Of a stretch of DNA of 64,000 nt, positions 36,201 to 44,835 are shown in pieces; the first letter of the stretch is position 1, and every line of letters starts with the position of its first letter. A model generated the notes under the pieces. It saw only the letters and a list, made by a program, of their open reading frames with translations. It was not told where the DNA came from and searched no databases. Position numbers and translations under genes: made by a program. The DNA is from a virus: the IMG/VR virus record IMGVR_UViG_3300025701_000006, positions 1 through 64,000 of that record. One strand, written 5' to 3'.

Positions 36201-38554
36201 ACATCATTACCGTCACCTAACACTTTTCCTAAATCTGTAATTGCGCTTTTAACGTTAGCAGGGACAGAATTAATAGTGTCTGCTTTAGTCTTTTCTTCTA
36301 GAGACTGTCGTATCGACTTACGAACTATTTTACCTGTAAGTTGGGTATTTTTGTTTTCACGAACAAACTGTTCAAGTCCGTCTAAAATTCTGTTGTATAC
36401 AGCTTCTCCAGCCTCTTTTTGTTCTTTAGGTGAAGAGTCAATAACGTATTTAGTAGCGTTAATTTCATCTATATCATCTAGTAAAGCACCTACATTGTTT
36501 GCGGTAACCCCTTCTTTAGCAGTAGTATTTGCCACTCTAGTTAATAAAGCTTTGTAAGCATTTTTGTCTGATACTATAGTATCTTCTGATAACGTTTCGT
36601 TAACGTCAGTATTAGGCAGTGTGCCTGGTACATTACCTTTAGCGGTGTTGCCAGTAATAGGCTGATTACCTTGCCCAAACATACCAAACCCAGTACGTAA
36701 AGAACCTACAGCCTCAAACTGCCCAGCACCACCTGCACCTAGTAAAGCAGCAATACCTGCTTCTGTTGTGTTTCTCTCATCTGTAATAAAGTCAGTAAAC
36801 GTTTCAACATCTTTAAATAGTTCTGTACCAAACCTAGTGTTAAATAGCTCCATCATTGTTTGTGAGTATTCTTGAGCAGCTTCTACTGTGGCTAATGCAC
36901 CTGACTTAATTACTCCTTTACCCATCATAAGAGTAGCATTTGCAAATTGTTTATTGGTTAGGTCTTTTATAGCAGGGGCTATAGAGGTAAGGATCCCTGG
37001 ATTCTTTATTATATTTATATTAACAAATTTATCTAGGTTCTGATTAAGCAGTTGTACACCTAAACTTCTTGCAAAGTAACTAGCTTTATCCTCACTATTT
37101 AATTCATTCCCATTATTATTCTTTACAAACTGTTCGTACTGATTGTTTACGTTACCTATAGCTGCTGTTAATTGTCCAGACTGGCTTACTAAAAGACTTT
37201 TAGCTCCATCTGTACTAGCCAGAGCTTTTAATTTTTCTGCTCTGCCTTGTCCCTTGGTGATTTTATTAGTATTTACAGCTTCTTCAATACTTTTAACAGT
37301 TTTACTATATTTTGTACCTGCACCTAGCAGGTTTAAAAACTTACCTGGACTAATCCAAGCTAAAAGAGCACCTAGGCTAGTCCCAAGCAATTCTGGGGTA
37401 GTGTAAATTTCTCCTAGTGCGCTAAACGCAGCACCTACTTTGTCTATCGTAGATGCTTCTTTATCTACCAATACGTCGTAGTAACCACCAACACTTTCGA
37501 CGGTTTCTTGTAGATTTTTTGGGTCATAACCAAAGAAACTGTTTACAGCAGAAGCTTTACTTTCTTGGTCACCAAGGTCATAAAGCCCTGTAAAGTCACC
37601 TAAAGCATCTAAAGGATTTACCGCTAGTTCAGACACAAAAGTAGCGCCAAAGCCTGAAAAAGCATTGCCAACTCTGTTTATGGCCTCTACAACCTTGTTT
37701 GTTTCCATAGTAGGTTCATAGTAACTAGGTTGCTTAAGGTCTGAAGCGTCTGTACTTTCTACAGGTTCAGCACCTCCTCCTTTAACTATTGCCATAGCTT
37801 TATTAAAACCAGCAATGACTTTTTCTTTATCTACTTTTTCAATATCATACGACTGGTTAGCCAAAGATTCTCTATTTATGTAGTACTCACTAGAGCCACT
37901 ACCAAACAGTGCATCTTTTTCTTCTTTGGTTATTGTACGAATACCTTGAGGAGAGTTATAATCGTATAGACCATCTTTTCTGCCTCTAATAACTCTGTTA
38001 TTAAAGTTATTTAAATTTGTGTGGTTTAAGCTTTCAAAAGCCTGTGCGGCGTATTTTTGAAGGTTGTCATCATACCTTTTATCATTTACATCAACACCAG
38101 CGGTACCTGAGCTCCACCCTTGTTCTTTTCCTGCTCTGATTAAGCCTTCTTCTTCCGCTTTCCCAGGAATGTAACGATAGTCAGATGAATTAAACCTGCC
38201 AGAAGATAAGCCAAGCTTTACAGGATCGTAGTTTTCTGGAGTAAAAGCCTGCGCAGGATCTATTGCTTTGCCTTCTTCTTTTACACCGTACATATAAGAT
38301 CTACGGTCATTTCGACTAGAGTCTGGTAAAGAATACCCTTCCCTAACTAAGTCATTTAAAAACCCCATTTCATCTTTAGACCAGTCTTCAGAAATACCCC
38401 AAATCTTGTTCCCATTATTTTCTATGTACCCATCACCTAGGTCCGTGTAAGTACTAGAATCAAGAGACTCAGAGGCATAACTACGCTCTGATAGATTTGC
38501 AATTTTTTCTTCTTTGCTCTTAGAAATACGGGAGAGTTTATCGGTAAATGACAT
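30266..38554 (-). CDS. N4-like virion RNA polymerase (N-terminal plus polymerase domains), 2762 aa
   Basis: NNRFML...PQTDKLHR, motif A LEFDSLTSG (~32342-32380), motif B RALFKDPFMIFNY (~31910-31948), motif C LIHDAI (~31085-31105); ATG 38554 has an AAGGA SD. Confidence 0.88.
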   Translation of the reverse strand: MSFTDKLSRISKSKEEKIANLSERSYASESLDSSTYTDLGDGYIENNGNKIWGISEDWSKDEMGFLNDLVREGYSLPDSSRNDRRSYMYGVKEEGKAIDPAQAFTPENYDPVKLGLSSGRFNSSDYRYIPGKAEEEGLIRAGKEQGWSSGTAGVDVNDKRYDDNLQKYAAQAFESLNHTNLNNFNNRVIRGRKDGLYDYNSPQGIRTITKEEKDALFGSGSSEYYINRESLANQSYDIEKVDKEKVIAGFNKAMAIVKGGGAEPVESTDASDLKQPSYYEPTMETNKVVEAINRVGNAFSGFGATFVSELAVNPLDALGDFTGLYDLGDQESKASAVNSFFGYDPKNLQETVESVGGYYDVLVDKEASTIDKVGAAFSALGEIYTTPELLGTSLGALLAWISPGKFLNLLGAGTKYSKTVKSIEEAVNTNKITKGQGRAEKLKALASTDGAKSLLVSQSGQLTAAIGNVNNQYEQFVKNNNGNELNSEDKASYFARSLGVQLLNQNLDKFVNINIIKNPGILTSIAPAIKDLTNKQFANATLMMGKGVIKSGALATVEAAQEYSQTMMELFNTRFGTELFKDVETFTDFITDERNTTEAGIAALLGAGGAGQFEAVGSLRTGFGMFGQGNQPITGNTAKGNVPGTLPNTDVNETLSEDTIVSDKNAYKALLTRVANTTAKEGVTANNVGALLDDIDEINATKYVIDSSPKEQKEAGEAVYNRILDGLEQFVRENKNTQLTGKIVRKSIRQSLEEKTKADTINSVPANVKSAITDLGKVLGDGNDVTAEKAFDSIVSTFKSGSYSNSSIEPNSVAPELVALESALTGKTSQTLEETYDVIQDFVRNNSIENFTAVENSTTTSGNVLGSAPNLDEEQKEYTDYTRSVDAERIVNTLLGSGRSYDEAFTTTMKSFATRNNVSVERYDSLVKSYTTVEDEATKGSTGYAARISRLKGLLESSNPNKKAINSEMVALSRINSSVSASVTSLNRGIEEAKRVAADLNKKPLTSKKTQYVKTEYNKYNNKTKKYDDPYLITVEFKNGKMVPNIKGAKDLIARKSVYLKDIKREMQTISSNASFKTDDISVMSGSITIPVKEGRSKTARKADTSYLSSVSKVLNDLNKKVSEVNKVILGKDTTAKWALKGDYYKSNSFLINNEEFSADDVVLINSVGTKSIKKGFKVPDLGVEGEASLVAAMEAGATIVLDSDLVQGKLTKEVALGKEALLKKIKDKGYAILKDKSRHILIKETADNKKALRNYKEKLEKSNTAAQFREDNKEALVTLYRSIETSIDSVTGEALTDEAKAAAKKEYSTLFDTVKDNSFSSKSDRLTSFLERRFIDDVKNEAEAVLGATDPDPIAFKDKALEAGVTKYIEAQEEKGKAGKQALKDWQGIIDQDLSFDKKEKAVSRLLESIGNTSKSVINSILGEKSFSKNKKDLYEILFLKSKTGEVVVKLSRDPLSDKAIEGYEAANKGRGTIFYGNEHIFLGTRKVVQDAGKLVKADKTTVLNSLSFDNLPYAIKTAANKFVTAADKSLAKVSEAELSDQTDIRVNGKFLPGNLFLHNSPARGLVFNNKGKPNKEVLAAMYLAIGEMAANDKAKVSRGYKSDEDIATMLGLQPHEVTKEMRDFARDNGALLKTVANSLGKATLKQLGLSKKKNSTTSSAEYEALLADLGNMAVLIAQEQGILDSTSPSSNDIARLFKDGEVREIETKTFFIHLKDRPVRQGNFTNNALTEEVTAFVEKYEGAVKGFPEATTERKEPSFSPLTKDRINKAVSEVRNDIAGITVPEEAKETMKLAMETEYGIDVNLVDEFLEAVDADESNIKTLLGFIDLTSDKFDSLFYDEKEVQEAKNRDIEKSIDELRLLREKMDRVGNLDPSMHYPYFYASNNRFMLDSNTTQPQTDKLHRFFIVPKLHRLTYDVNTNTEGGLEFNVEGVSDPLDADQSFTVRLALGQALGKGVDKMDVKDIIDYGNAVLSMNKAEIAEAKKSIMSTGKFTIETLNTEVTGDANTDSSSDADPADMKGIEYELEAEHLSHALQALDFLEKVQDALTGNGKVTSALSLEFDSLTSGFANKIQQMPILDDMHSHFARVGIITKSYQDVLLQSSFKGDGIPFDPSQGMSAADILAAGKKGEIGFLDSYENMATDTITLVNEEVTSGSTSLTVSRGEGRSGSKVFEAIKQLLPGGETIGSSGVASSIDKKLRALFKDPFMIFNYSASVGRIVKNLSISVAKDIAKGIATSDFENDLTAKETAEKLLAAGGEFLYPKSDKKIKNILELQQALKDFRLKDIKLKVPLVISQTRKGTNTARNLEQLLEFTVSATYGEAVKTVFETNFKPFIKVQNAINDGFKVAFRIFDKKRVDKLKDIQKRNPNNVVTLEDHAKVLEELWDDFPYLVGPLTGAKEKKAVIAVVTTSTRSPNEIELSRKKPQTMLGEGKNTKTRTVTPLVRYLEEAISSGSVLPFHAIDGAEISLMMNDLQLRALTLIHDAIIAPLNQSDNAGFAYQKGMETINSEGNPSDINSKKNYVLAEALQEFANRLEKTISSTTFSKDFEKVTALGLKAADPKVKEAFPALAKSVLGNLKTEISGIKKARELWYGENGLMEGAYYGNLVGTPGAVYQKGMTSADLSYKNALKNMYKAVKLDVPVDRSAEKAAELKKVFEAAPRALLKELNKRLGVDNVNADNVIEDIIQNPEKADKLIAYYNNRKTKITNKTVVEAINKVIDGLSMVKSSVQSKIVDELSSVSDVDSLVSALEKIEGCK

Positions 38555-38584
38555 TAAAAAATCCTTAGTAGGTAATCTACAGGT

Positions 38585-38595
38585 ATTATAACACA
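38585..38595 (-). promoter_or_regulatory. extended -10 promoter for the vRNAP gene
   Basis: TGTGTTATAAT (TGnTATAAT) directly after a terminator. Confidence 0.6.
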
Positions 38596-38631
38596 AAAAC
38601 CCCCTAGTTCCATATAGAGACTAAGGGGTTT
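38595..38631 (-). terminator. intrinsic terminator after the gp51-like gene
   Basis: CCCCTTAGT...ACTAGGGGG followed by TTTTT on the - strand. Confidence 0.65.
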
Positions 38632-38649
38632 AGCAAACAGCAAATTTAG

Positions 38650-40713
38650 TTACCTAATATTACCGGACGCTAAAGACTGTGCACGAGTAGGAGGACCAAC
38701 AATAGGACTAGCATTAGAAGTCCTACGGACTAGTGCAGGTATCTCAAAAGTGGCCTCTTGCTGACGGGCTGTTCTAGCCGCTGCTTGTGCCGGAGTAGGA
38801 GGTCCGTAAGTATTACCCCCCTTAGCCCCTGTTCTATTAAACGCTCTATTACGACTAGCAGTATTTAGTTTAGCCCGTAACCCACCAATAAAACTACTAA
38901 TAGCCGCAGGATTTTTAAAACCGTTATAAAGGCCCATAAAACCGTTAAATGCTTTACGACCCCCATATACGTTCATAATGGGAGTACTCAGAACTAATGC
39001 TTGTTCCTCTTCTGTAGGAAGTGTAAGTTCATATCTACTTCCATCAGCGAAAACAGGATCAATATTACCTGATTGTACATCAGCTACTATTTTTTCAATT
39101 CTGTCTTTAGTTAATGGCTGTTCAGTACCATATGTCATGTTTAAAGCATCTATATTTTCTTTAACTGATAAATCTGTACTTCCGGCAACATTGGCAAACT
39201 CGTATAGATTAGCTAAAGCGTCTCTATCAGAATTAGGTCTGATGCTTAAATCACTTAAAGTTGTAAGATTATTAGGTTTTGTCGGTTTTACGTTTGAAAG
39301 TATCTGTTTAAGCTCTAAAGCGTTAACTACAGCAGTATCAGGATTTTTTCCTTGTTGTACTGCTTCTTGGCGTGTTTTAGTGATTTCCGCTGGAGTAAGA
39401 ACTGCCTCCCTGTTTTTAGGAGTAGGTAAAGAAGCATCCACAGTAGATGAACCACTATCAGTAGATTCTGAAGTTGTAGGCACTCTTATAGGAAATCCTA
39501 GTGCTTGAGGCATTAAGTCTCTTAAACCACCAGTAAACGCAGCCCTATTAGTGTTTACGTAATCAGGTGCAGCTACTACCTCAGGCATAAAACTATCAAC
39601 AAGCTCTTCACGAGTAAGCTCACCGTTTGAATTTTCTAGTTTTTGTATGCCTTTAGCAAAAGATGTAAAAGCATCCGAGCTGCCTTTCGGACTCTTAAAA
39701 AAGCCTACTGAAACAAAGTCTTTTAAAGAATTTTTTGCAATAGATGGGTTTACGCCTGCGTTTACAGCGTCTTTATACATGTTTAAAAGTGTAATATCAT
39801 CAAGAGGACCTGCATCAATTTCTTCTGCAATGTAATTACTTACATCTAGTTCACTTGTTTTTTTATCTCCAAATTTATTTTCTTTTGATTTATTAGCATT
39901 CCATACTTTAAAAGATATATCTGCAAGCTTATTAGCTTGCGTTTGTTGAGCCTTTTGCGCAGCAACAGCTAGTTTTGTCAAATTTGCCGTACTTTCATAC
40001 CCCATAGACAATTTATCAGCAGTAGTACTGGCTACTTGAGGAGATACCCCTTTAGAAAGTAAATCGTTATAGATTCTAATATTTTCATTTTCACGATACA
40101 CAGGCTTATTTGATACTACGTAGTTATCAAACTCTTTATTAAAATTAGCTAGTTGCTCATTAAAACTGGTATAGTCTTCTTTTGATATTTCACCGTTTTT
40201 GTAGTAATCCTGAATAGCTGCTAACGGATCTTCAGGCAAGTCTGCTTGAGTAGGAGAAAAATCTTCTCCATCATCTCCAAACATGCCGCGTATTGCCTTT
40301 AATTCATTACTATTGTTAATCTGATTAATAAAGAAGTTGTTTGCAAGAGTTTTTGCACCTTCAGCTCTACCTTGTTCAAGAATAGTTTTAAGCTCAATGT
40401 CATTATCTATTGCTGCATTTGCCGCACTTTTTCTGTCAAACATGCTCAGGTTACTAAGTGCTGCTCTTTCTGCTTGTTCTCCAGCTAGTTTAGCATTGTA
40501 CATGTCAGTTTGTCGCTTATCTAAACGCTTTTGTCTAGCTATTTCATCATTATACCTAGTAGTTTGACGCTGTTCTAAAAGGTTTTGACGGCTAAGTTGG
40601 TCTTGATACCGTTTTTCGTCAGCTTCTCTGTCTTTTCTTTGGTTGCCTTGCTTCCTATAACCACTAGCTATATCACTAAGAAGGCGACTGGTCGATTCAA
40701 AAGGGTCTATCAT
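38650..40713 (-). CDS. internal virion/ejection protein (N4 gp51 position)
   Basis: 687 aa, no Cys, coiled-coil N-terminus, synteny with N4. Confidence 0.55.
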   Translation of the reverse strand: MIDPFESTSRLLSDIASGYRKQGNQRKDREADEKRYQDQLSRQNLLEQRQTTRYNDEIARQKRLDKRQTDMYNAKLAGEQAERAALSNLSMFDRKSAANAAIDNDIELKTILEQGRAEGAKTLANNFFINQINNSNELKAIRGMFGDDGEDFSPTQADLPEDPLAAIQDYYKNGEISKEDYTSFNEQLANFNKEFDNYVVSNKPVYRENENIRIYNDLLSKGVSPQVASTTADKLSMGYESTANLTKLAVAAQKAQQTQANKLADISFKVWNANKSKENKFGDKKTSELDVSNYIAEEIDAGPLDDITLLNMYKDAVNAGVNPSIAKNSLKDFVSVGFFKSPKGSSDAFTSFAKGIQKLENSNGELTREELVDSFMPEVVAAPDYVNTNRAAFTGGLRDLMPQALGFPIRVPTTSESTDSGSSTVDASLPTPKNREAVLTPAEITKTRQEAVQQGKNPDTAVVNALELKQILSNVKPTKPNNLTTLSDLSIRPNSDRDALANLYEFANVAGSTDLSVKENIDALNMTYGTEQPLTKDRIEKIVADVQSGNIDPVFADGSRYELTLPTEEEQALVLSTPIMNVYGGRKAFNGFMGLYNGFKNPAAISSFIGGLRAKLNTASRNRAFNRTGAKGGNTYGPPTPAQAAARTARQQEATFEIPALVRRTSNASPIVGPPTRAQSLASGNIR

Positions 40714-40751
40714 AAAAATACCTTAATAGTTAATAACTAATAAATTGCGCT

Positions 40752-41192
40752 TTAAATGTTACGTGGTTTGTTTAGGTTAGCTCTTTTGTCAGAGAGAAAC
40801 TTACGATTGTCTTGAGCATTAGCTAAATTAACTTTCCCTAAGGCTAGTTGTTGTTCCATAGCTTTTTTCCTATCACCGTACCCAAGAAGGTTAAGGGCTA
40901 AACCACCAATAGTCGCCATGTTGCTGATAGCAAACTCGTCTTTAAGCAAATTACCAAAATAGCTATCTTCACCTGGAGGAGCAATTTCCGTACCACCCGT
41001 AATTCTTTTTGTATTAGGATCTACTTTCAGGCCATCCAAAGCGTATGTTTTTCCTCCCATCCCCTCTAAAAGACTATTATCACCATAAGTTACCGCTTGT
41101 GCAGGTGTTACGGTACTGGGCTGATAGTTCATACCTTGCGTAAATGCACTAACCCCAACTGGTTTAGTAAAAAAATCATATTCGTCGTTCAT
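40752..41192 (-). CDS. small ejection protein (N4 gp52 position)
   Basis: 146 aa, no Cys, Gly-rich hydrophobic helix IGGLALNLLG followed by a coiled coil. Confidence 0.6.
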   Translation of the reverse strand: MNDEYDFFTKPVGVSAFTQGMNYQPSTVTPAQAVTYGDNSLLEGMGGKTYALDGLKVDPNTKRITGGTEIAPPGEDSYFGNLLKDEFAISNMATIGGLALNLLGYGDRKKAMEQQLALGKVNLANAQDNRKFLSDKRANLNKPRNI

Positions 41193-41235
41193 TTTATTTC
41201 CATTATTATAATACTATCAATTATGTTACATTATA

Positions 41236-43173
41236 CTATATTATGAATATACCCGCAAATGCTGGGTCATCGTAGTTAGCTTTTCGCATAGCTTGTTTGG
41301 TAGTTCTTTGAATATTCCCTATAGCTAAATTACCACCACCCCTTTCATACGGAAAGTCAAAAACAGCGGCATATATAGACCAATCAGCAGTAGCTGGTTT
41401 TGCCTGTATATTTAAATAAGATCGAAATAGATCACTTTCTTGTGCAGTATCTTTCATTAAGTCTTCATACTCCGCCTGGACATCTTTAAGCTTGTCGTTA
41501 AGAGACTCTAGTTTCATATTTTGTAGCTTAGTTGTAGTATTAGCCACGGCGCTAACAAACGTAGCTGAAGCATTTGTATTAAAAGTCCCACTAAAGACGT
41601 CTTTGGCCCCTTCTATTATATTGTCTACAAAACCCTCAGCCGATGATAGTACCATTTCTGCAAGTACTTCACCTATTGTAGCTTCTACCCCTTCCGCTAT
41701 AACGTCCCCTGCTGCATTTTTAATAGGTGCTTCTAGGGCCGTTTTTGCGGTCTCGTATGCGTCCAAAAAACCTGTTACGGCAATAACAATTTGGGCGACA
41801 ATAACTAAAGGTTCTAATGTCTTATTCGCTTCCACTAGAGCTGAGGCCCATTCTTCAGATCCTACAGAAGAAAGAATAGCAGCTAGTAAATTACTTGCTA
41901 ATGACACGTACAAAATAGTTTTAGCTATAAATATTAAAAGTTTAGCGCCTTTTAAGCCTTTACCTAAAGTAACTACTGTTATAACTATGGCCAATATAAT
42001 TAAAGCAACAGCTATAGCTTTTTTATACCAAGGTACTTTTTTCTTTCTAAAGTCACCATCAATTAACTTGCCCAGGTACGGGCTTAGCTCTTTAAAAGTA
42101 AACCCATAAGACCTAGGGGATATAAACGGTGCAGTCTTTAGGTAATAAACACCACCATGTGATAACCATAAGGTGTCGAACCTAGAGCTCACTTCTTCAG
42201 CAATATCCTCCCATAGCGTGTAAGACCTAGTTATTACCGCACTATTTGCCTCTAAATCAGTAGAGTCCATAGAAACTATAGCTTTTTTTGTAAGATACCT
42301 ATTATCTTTTTCTTTGCCTCTATCAGAGTAAACTCTAGTAAGGTCATTTGCTATATACTCAACTACATTACTTGTAGGTGTAAAATTTTTGTAAGGTATT
42401 TCTATGTCTAATACAAAGGTAGTCGATGTGTTATCGGCTCGTCCTTCATTTACAGACTCAAAATACGTGTGAGTAGCCATACCTATAATTAATTCTTTAA
42501 CAGTACAGTCGACATTAGCTATGTCTCTTAACGCATTTCTCATTAGTGCAGCTAACCAAGGATCATCAGGAGTCAGATCATCGACGTCAGGTATATCGAC
42601 GTTATGTTCACTATCATGAATAACGCCTTTATACACTTCTCCTATACCTTCATGCGTTATAGTAACCATGTCCCATAATTCTTCGTAATTATCTATTATG
42701 GACTGTATAGCTACGTCTTTTTGCATCTCTATGTTAATTATTTCTCTAAATCTTTCAGGGTTTTTGTTAGCAAAAGCGTAAGAGTCTATAATTATACTAG
42801 ATGTAATGGTAAGCCCATCAGGTATTTCACCATCTTCAGAATTCCACCAAAGCTTATTTAGATTTTCAGAGACAAAATCTACATGTAGACCAGGTATTTC
42901 TGTACCATTATTTTTATTAAGGTACAACCACGCATCTTCTACACCTTCGTACTGTCCCTCTGTAACCCCGTAATAGGCCCCTATAAATCTAAATAGATTT
43001 TCAAAGTTGTCTTCTCTTTGTGCTTCAGGGTAATAGTACTGACGCCTTTTAAAGACTTCAGTACCATTTACTATTTCAGTGCCCCAACGATTTCTTATTC
43101 CATTACAGGTTTTTAAGTTTCCTATATACTCATTTCTAAGAAATTCATTAATGTTAGGTTGGGGCCTTTTCAT
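41236..43173 (-). CDS. virion protein with hydrophobic helices (N4 gp53-like)
   Basis: KKVPWYKKAIAVALIILAIVITVVTLG then a coiled coil; synteny. Confidence 0.6.
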   Translation of the reverse strand: MKRPQPNINEFLRNEYIGNLKTCNGIRNRWGTEIVNGTEVFKRRQYYYPEAQREDNFENLFRFIGAYYGVTEGQYEGVEDAWLYLNKNNGTEIPGLHVDFVSENLNKLWWNSEDGEIPDGLTITSSIIIDSYAFANKNPERFREIINIEMQKDVAIQSIIDNYEELWDMVTITHEGIGEVYKGVIHDSEHNVDIPDVDDLTPDDPWLAALMRNALRDIANVDCTVKELIIGMATHTYFESVNEGRADNTSTTFVLDIEIPYKNFTPTSNVVEYIANDLTRVYSDRGKEKDNRYLTKKAIVSMDSTDLEANSAVITRSYTLWEDIAEEVSSRFDTLWLSHGGVYYLKTAPFISPRSYGFTFKELSPYLGKLIDGDFRKKKVPWYKKAIAVALIILAIVITVVTLGKGLKGAKLLIFIAKTILYVSLASNLLAAILSSVGSEEWASALVEANKTLEPLVIVAQIVIAVTGFLDAYETAKTALEAPIKNAAGDVIAEGVEATIGEVLAEMVLSSAEGFVDNIIEGAKDVFSGTFNTNASATFVSAVANTTTKLQNMKLESLNDKLKDVQAEYEDLMKDTAQESDLFRSYLNIQAKPATADWSIYAAVFDFPYERGGGNLAIGNIQRTTKQAMRKANYDDPAFAGIFII

Positions 43174-43187
43174 GTAATATTACCTTA

Positions 43188-44045
43188 TTAATTAGAAGTA
43201 GTTGCGTTCTGCAGCTGTCCAACTAACTCTTTTACGGATGTAAGTAACTCTTTTTCTACAGACCCATCATTAAATAGTAAGACTTCAGAAGCAAGTGCTG
43301 TACCTACCATAGAAGAAGCTCCAGTAAGTGCGTTAGCCCATGCGTTATACGTATAACCTTTAGCCTGTTCTATAGCAATATCTTGTTGACTATCACTAAG
43401 AGTTTTATGAGTAGGGTCACCCCTAGTTACTGTAGTGATACCAGAACTAGATACGCCGCCATAGGTATAATGCCCGTAATTAGTGTAAGTATCCGCAACA
43501 ATTTTATGTACTGCTGCATGAGATTCTGTAATTTTCTGATTTAAAAGTAAATCTTCTGTTGTGGCTTTAGCTATTTGTTTATCAGTAAGCTCTATATCTT
43601 TAGCTACCTTACCGTCATCTAATAGAGACAGCAAGTTATCTTCGGTGTCAAATACAGCAGTACCGTACACTCTTTTAGACTCTACTTTAGCCAGACGTGT
43701 AGCATTAGATATTTGCTCTCCTTGAGCAGCTTTTACACTTATCTCTTCTTCTAGTATATCTAGTTGTTTTGCTAGCTCTAGTTTCTTAAGTGCTACTTCT
43801 TTTTCCGCATTAGCCCAAGACATAGCAGTGCTCATACTAGAACTCGTGATATTGTTAATAATACCACCCACTACACTACTAATAATTTCTGCTTTTTGCG
43901 CTTCATCAATAGCGCCACTAGTAACTAGGTCCTCAATGGTTTCTTTTGCACGTATGTAAGCAGAATTGCCTGCTAGAGATTGCTGTACGAGAATTTCGTA
44001 CTTCTCAGCTACGTCTAAATCGTTTGTAACAGTTATAGTTGCCAT
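43188..44045 (-). CDS. helical structural protein, probable gp54-like paralogue
   Basis: Coiled-coil protein adjacent to the gp54-like gene with a similar layout. Confidence 0.5.
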   Translation of the reverse strand: MATITVTNDLDVAEKYEILVQQSLAGNSAYIRAKETIEDLVTSGAIDEAQKAEIISSVVGGIINNITSSSMSTAMSWANAEKEVALKKLELAKQLDILEEEISVKAAQGEQISNATRLAKVESKRVYGTAVFDTEDNLLSLLDDGKVAKDIELTDKQIAKATTEDLLLNQKITESHAAVHKIVADTYTNYGHYTYGGVSSSGITTVTRGDPTHKTLSDSQQDIAIEQAKGYTYNAWANALTGASSMVGTALASEVLLFNDGSVEKELLTSVKELVGQLQNATTSN

Positions 44046-44054
44046 TTGGTTATC

Positions 44055-44768
44055 CTATGGTTCGTATCTAGGTGTGTAAAGAGAGTTAGGGTTGCTTTGT
44101 CTTTCTGCTTCGGCAAGTTTTGTAGAGTTATCTAGGCCTAACTTAGTAGCTTGTTTGTCTTTTAATACTCTATCTACATAAGCTGTTTTAAGCTGTGCGT
44201 CAGCAAGCAACTGCTGTTTATCAGCCGTTTCTTTTTCTTCGTCTAAAAGAATACGCTGCTTAGCCGTAGTTTCTAGCTTATCAGTTAGTTCGGTATCATT
44301 ACGAACAGTAGCTGCTAATATTTCTGTTTTTTGTGCAGTTTTTATTTCTTCTTCTGTATCTAGTAAGATACGTTGTTTGGTTCCTGTAGCCTCTTGCTCT
44401 AACATACCACGCTCAGTTACATCAATGTCTTTTGTAAGTTTATCTCTTTGAAGAGGTAAAATACTTGCTACTTCAAAAGTCTTAGCCAACAACTCTTGCT
44501 GTGCTATATCTAGTTGCTTTGCTTTTAGGGCGTTGTCTGCAATTACACCGTCTACCTGAGCCTCTGTAAGCTCTTCTTGCATAGCAAACTGAATACTCTG
44601 AGATAGTGCAGCCTGTAAGCTACCTAAGTACACTGTGGCGTAGTCAGAGCCTGTAATTCTATTGCTAAGGTACTGAGTTTCGATCTGACCATTAATGCTT
44701 TCCATTAACTTATCAAAAACTCCGGTACCTCCAGAATTAGTTATATCATCTACATTAATGTCAGCCAT
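44055..44768 (-). CDS. N4 gp54-like tail structural protein
   Basis: GTGVFDKLM...RITGSDYATVYLGSLQAAL signature. Confidence 0.75.
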   Translation of the reverse strand: MADINVDDITNSGGTGVFDKLMESINGQIETQYLSNRITGSDYATVYLGSLQAALSQSIQFAMQEELTEAQVDGVIADNALKAKQLDIAQQELLAKTFEVASILPLQRDKLTKDIDVTERGMLEQEATGTKQRILLDTEEEIKTAQKTEILAATVRNDTELTDKLETTAKQRILLDEEKETADKQQLLADAQLKTAYVDRVLKDKQATKLGLDNSTKLAEAERQSNPNSLYTPRYEP

Positions 44769-44809
44769 CTGGTTTTCCCTTAAAAATATGTATACATTAA
44801 AACGTTTTT

Positions 44810-44820
44810 ATTATACTACA
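44810..44820 (-). promoter_or_regulatory. -10 promoter upstream of the gp54-like gene
   Basis: TGTAGTATAAT, identical to the phoH upstream motif. Confidence 0.5.
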
Positions 44821-44835
44821 TTACTAGTTTTTAAT

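Noticed and set aside
38555-38596. ORF-track N-terminal extension MCYNTCRLPTKDFL of the vRNAP
   Set aside because: It overlaps the terminator and -10 box and has no SD, whereas ATG 38554 has AAGGA. Its two Cys are therefore not counted.
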